From Mobula hypostoma (lineage: Eukaryota): a stretch of DNA of 64,000 nucleotides. Under the pieces are notes generated by a model, which saw only the letters and a program-made list of their open reading frames with translations, was not told the DNA's origin and did no database searches. The translations under genes and the position numbers were made by a program. The stretch is taken from assembly GCF_963921235.1 (NCBI RefSeq), contig NC_086108.1, positions 66,218,001-66,282,000 on the forward strand, written 5' to 3'. Shown here one piece after another: positions 62,915 through 64,000 of this stretch; within the stretch, counting starts at the first letter, position 1; each line of letters begins with the position of its first letter.

Positions 62915-63345
62915 CGGAGTCACAGAGTCATATGGAAGCAGGCTCTTTGGCTCAGTTGGTCATTGCTGAAAAAGATGCCCACCGAAGCTAGTACCTTCAG
63001 CCTGTGTCTGGCCTACATCCTTCCAATCCATTCTTATCCATGTACTGCTCCATTTATTTTTAGATGTAGTGTCTTAGTCACTTCCTCTGAAAGTTCATCC
63101 CATATACAAACCACCCTTTAGGTGAAAAAATGTCCCTCAGATTGCTACTAAACCTTTGCCCTTTCACCTTAAATCTGCCCGCTGGTTCTTAATTCCCCAA
63201 CCCTGCCAAAAAGAATAAGTACATTAACCCTATCAATGCTCCTCATGATTTTATGCACCTCTATATGGTCATTCATTCTCTTACACTCCTGTCCTGCTCA
63301 ACCTCTCTCTCTAGCTCAGACCCTTGAATCCTGGCAACATCCTCA
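62915..63345 (-). mobile_element. CR1 3' fragment
   Basis: ctttcaccttaaatc, ccctatcaatgctcctcatgattttat, cctggcaacatcctc. Confidence 0.85.
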
Positions 63346-63347
63346 TT

Positions 63348-63985
63348 AGGAGAGTGCGCGGCCTCTCCGGAGATTGATTTGTAAGTAGGATGCCGTGCAC
63401 AATTCTGATTTGATGGAGACAGACGTGGAAGCACGGAGGAACATCTGGAGAAACTTCTGAAATGCCCGGTTCGCTGCCACTGTGCGATCGAGAATCTCTG
63501 GAGGGGAAGGCCCCAAATCCTCGGCTTTGCCTGTTGCTGGCGGCCGGGGCTGGGGTCGAAGCACTCGGCAGAGATGGTGCTCGGTGCTCGGTGTCAGAGG
63601 GCTGGTCGGAGGTTCGAAGTTTTCGGATGGACTGAGAGTCGGACTGTGGTTGGGTGCTTCCAGGATGCTGCATCAGCAAGTTTGCGGCTCTGGAAGCTCA
63701 TGGCAGGGAGAGTTTTCTTCCTTCTACTGTCTGAGTGAGATGATGGGATTTTCGAGAGACTTTGAGATTTTTTTTTACTGTGCCCATGGTCTGTTCTTCA
63801 TCAAATTATGGTATTGCTTGCACTATTGTAACTATATGTTATAATTATGTGGTTTTTGTCAGTCTTGGTCTGTCTTGTGTTTCTGTGATATCACACTGGA
63901 AGAACATTGTATCATTTCTTAACACATGTATTACTAAATGACAATAAAAAGAGGAATGTATCTCCTCATAATCTAATCTAATAAC
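63348..63985 (+). mobile_element. GC/CpG-rich non-autonomous retroposon with an (aatct)n tail
   Basis: Second copy at 47793-48128. Ends gacaataaaaagagga...ataatctaatctaat. Confidence 0.78.
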
Positions 63986-64000
63986 CTAATTCATCTTCAC

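Overview
AT-rich, CpG-poor vertebrate genomic DNA dominated by decayed and nested transposable elements. I can identify no intact host gene, and there is no rRNA, tRNA gene, CRISPR array or prokaryote-like operon. The repeat complement is CR1 LINEs with (CTATGTTT)-type tails, V-SINE/HE1-like SINEs, Rex1/Babar-like LINEs, Penelope-like elements (PLEs), one L1-clade relic, one Gypsy relic, and hAT and Tc1-type MITEs. This suggests a cartilaginous fish, probably a ray (inference). Almost all longer ORFs in the track are TE fragments. The most interesting signals are RNA-structural. (1) A ~700-bp non-coding retroposon (37142-37845, 11-bp TSD; second copy 10860-11175) begins with a candidate HDV-like ribozyme carrying an unusual hairpin inserted into loop L3. 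(2) Many PLE-derived minimal hammerhead ribozyme motifs of two families are present, including an intact one at 52999-53034, ~100-bp TSD-flanked ribozyme-only mini-elements and head-to-head inverted pairs. A few weak candidate exons lie in TE-poor islands. Family names come from motif recognition by eye, and boundaries are approximate unless a TSD or TIR is quoted.
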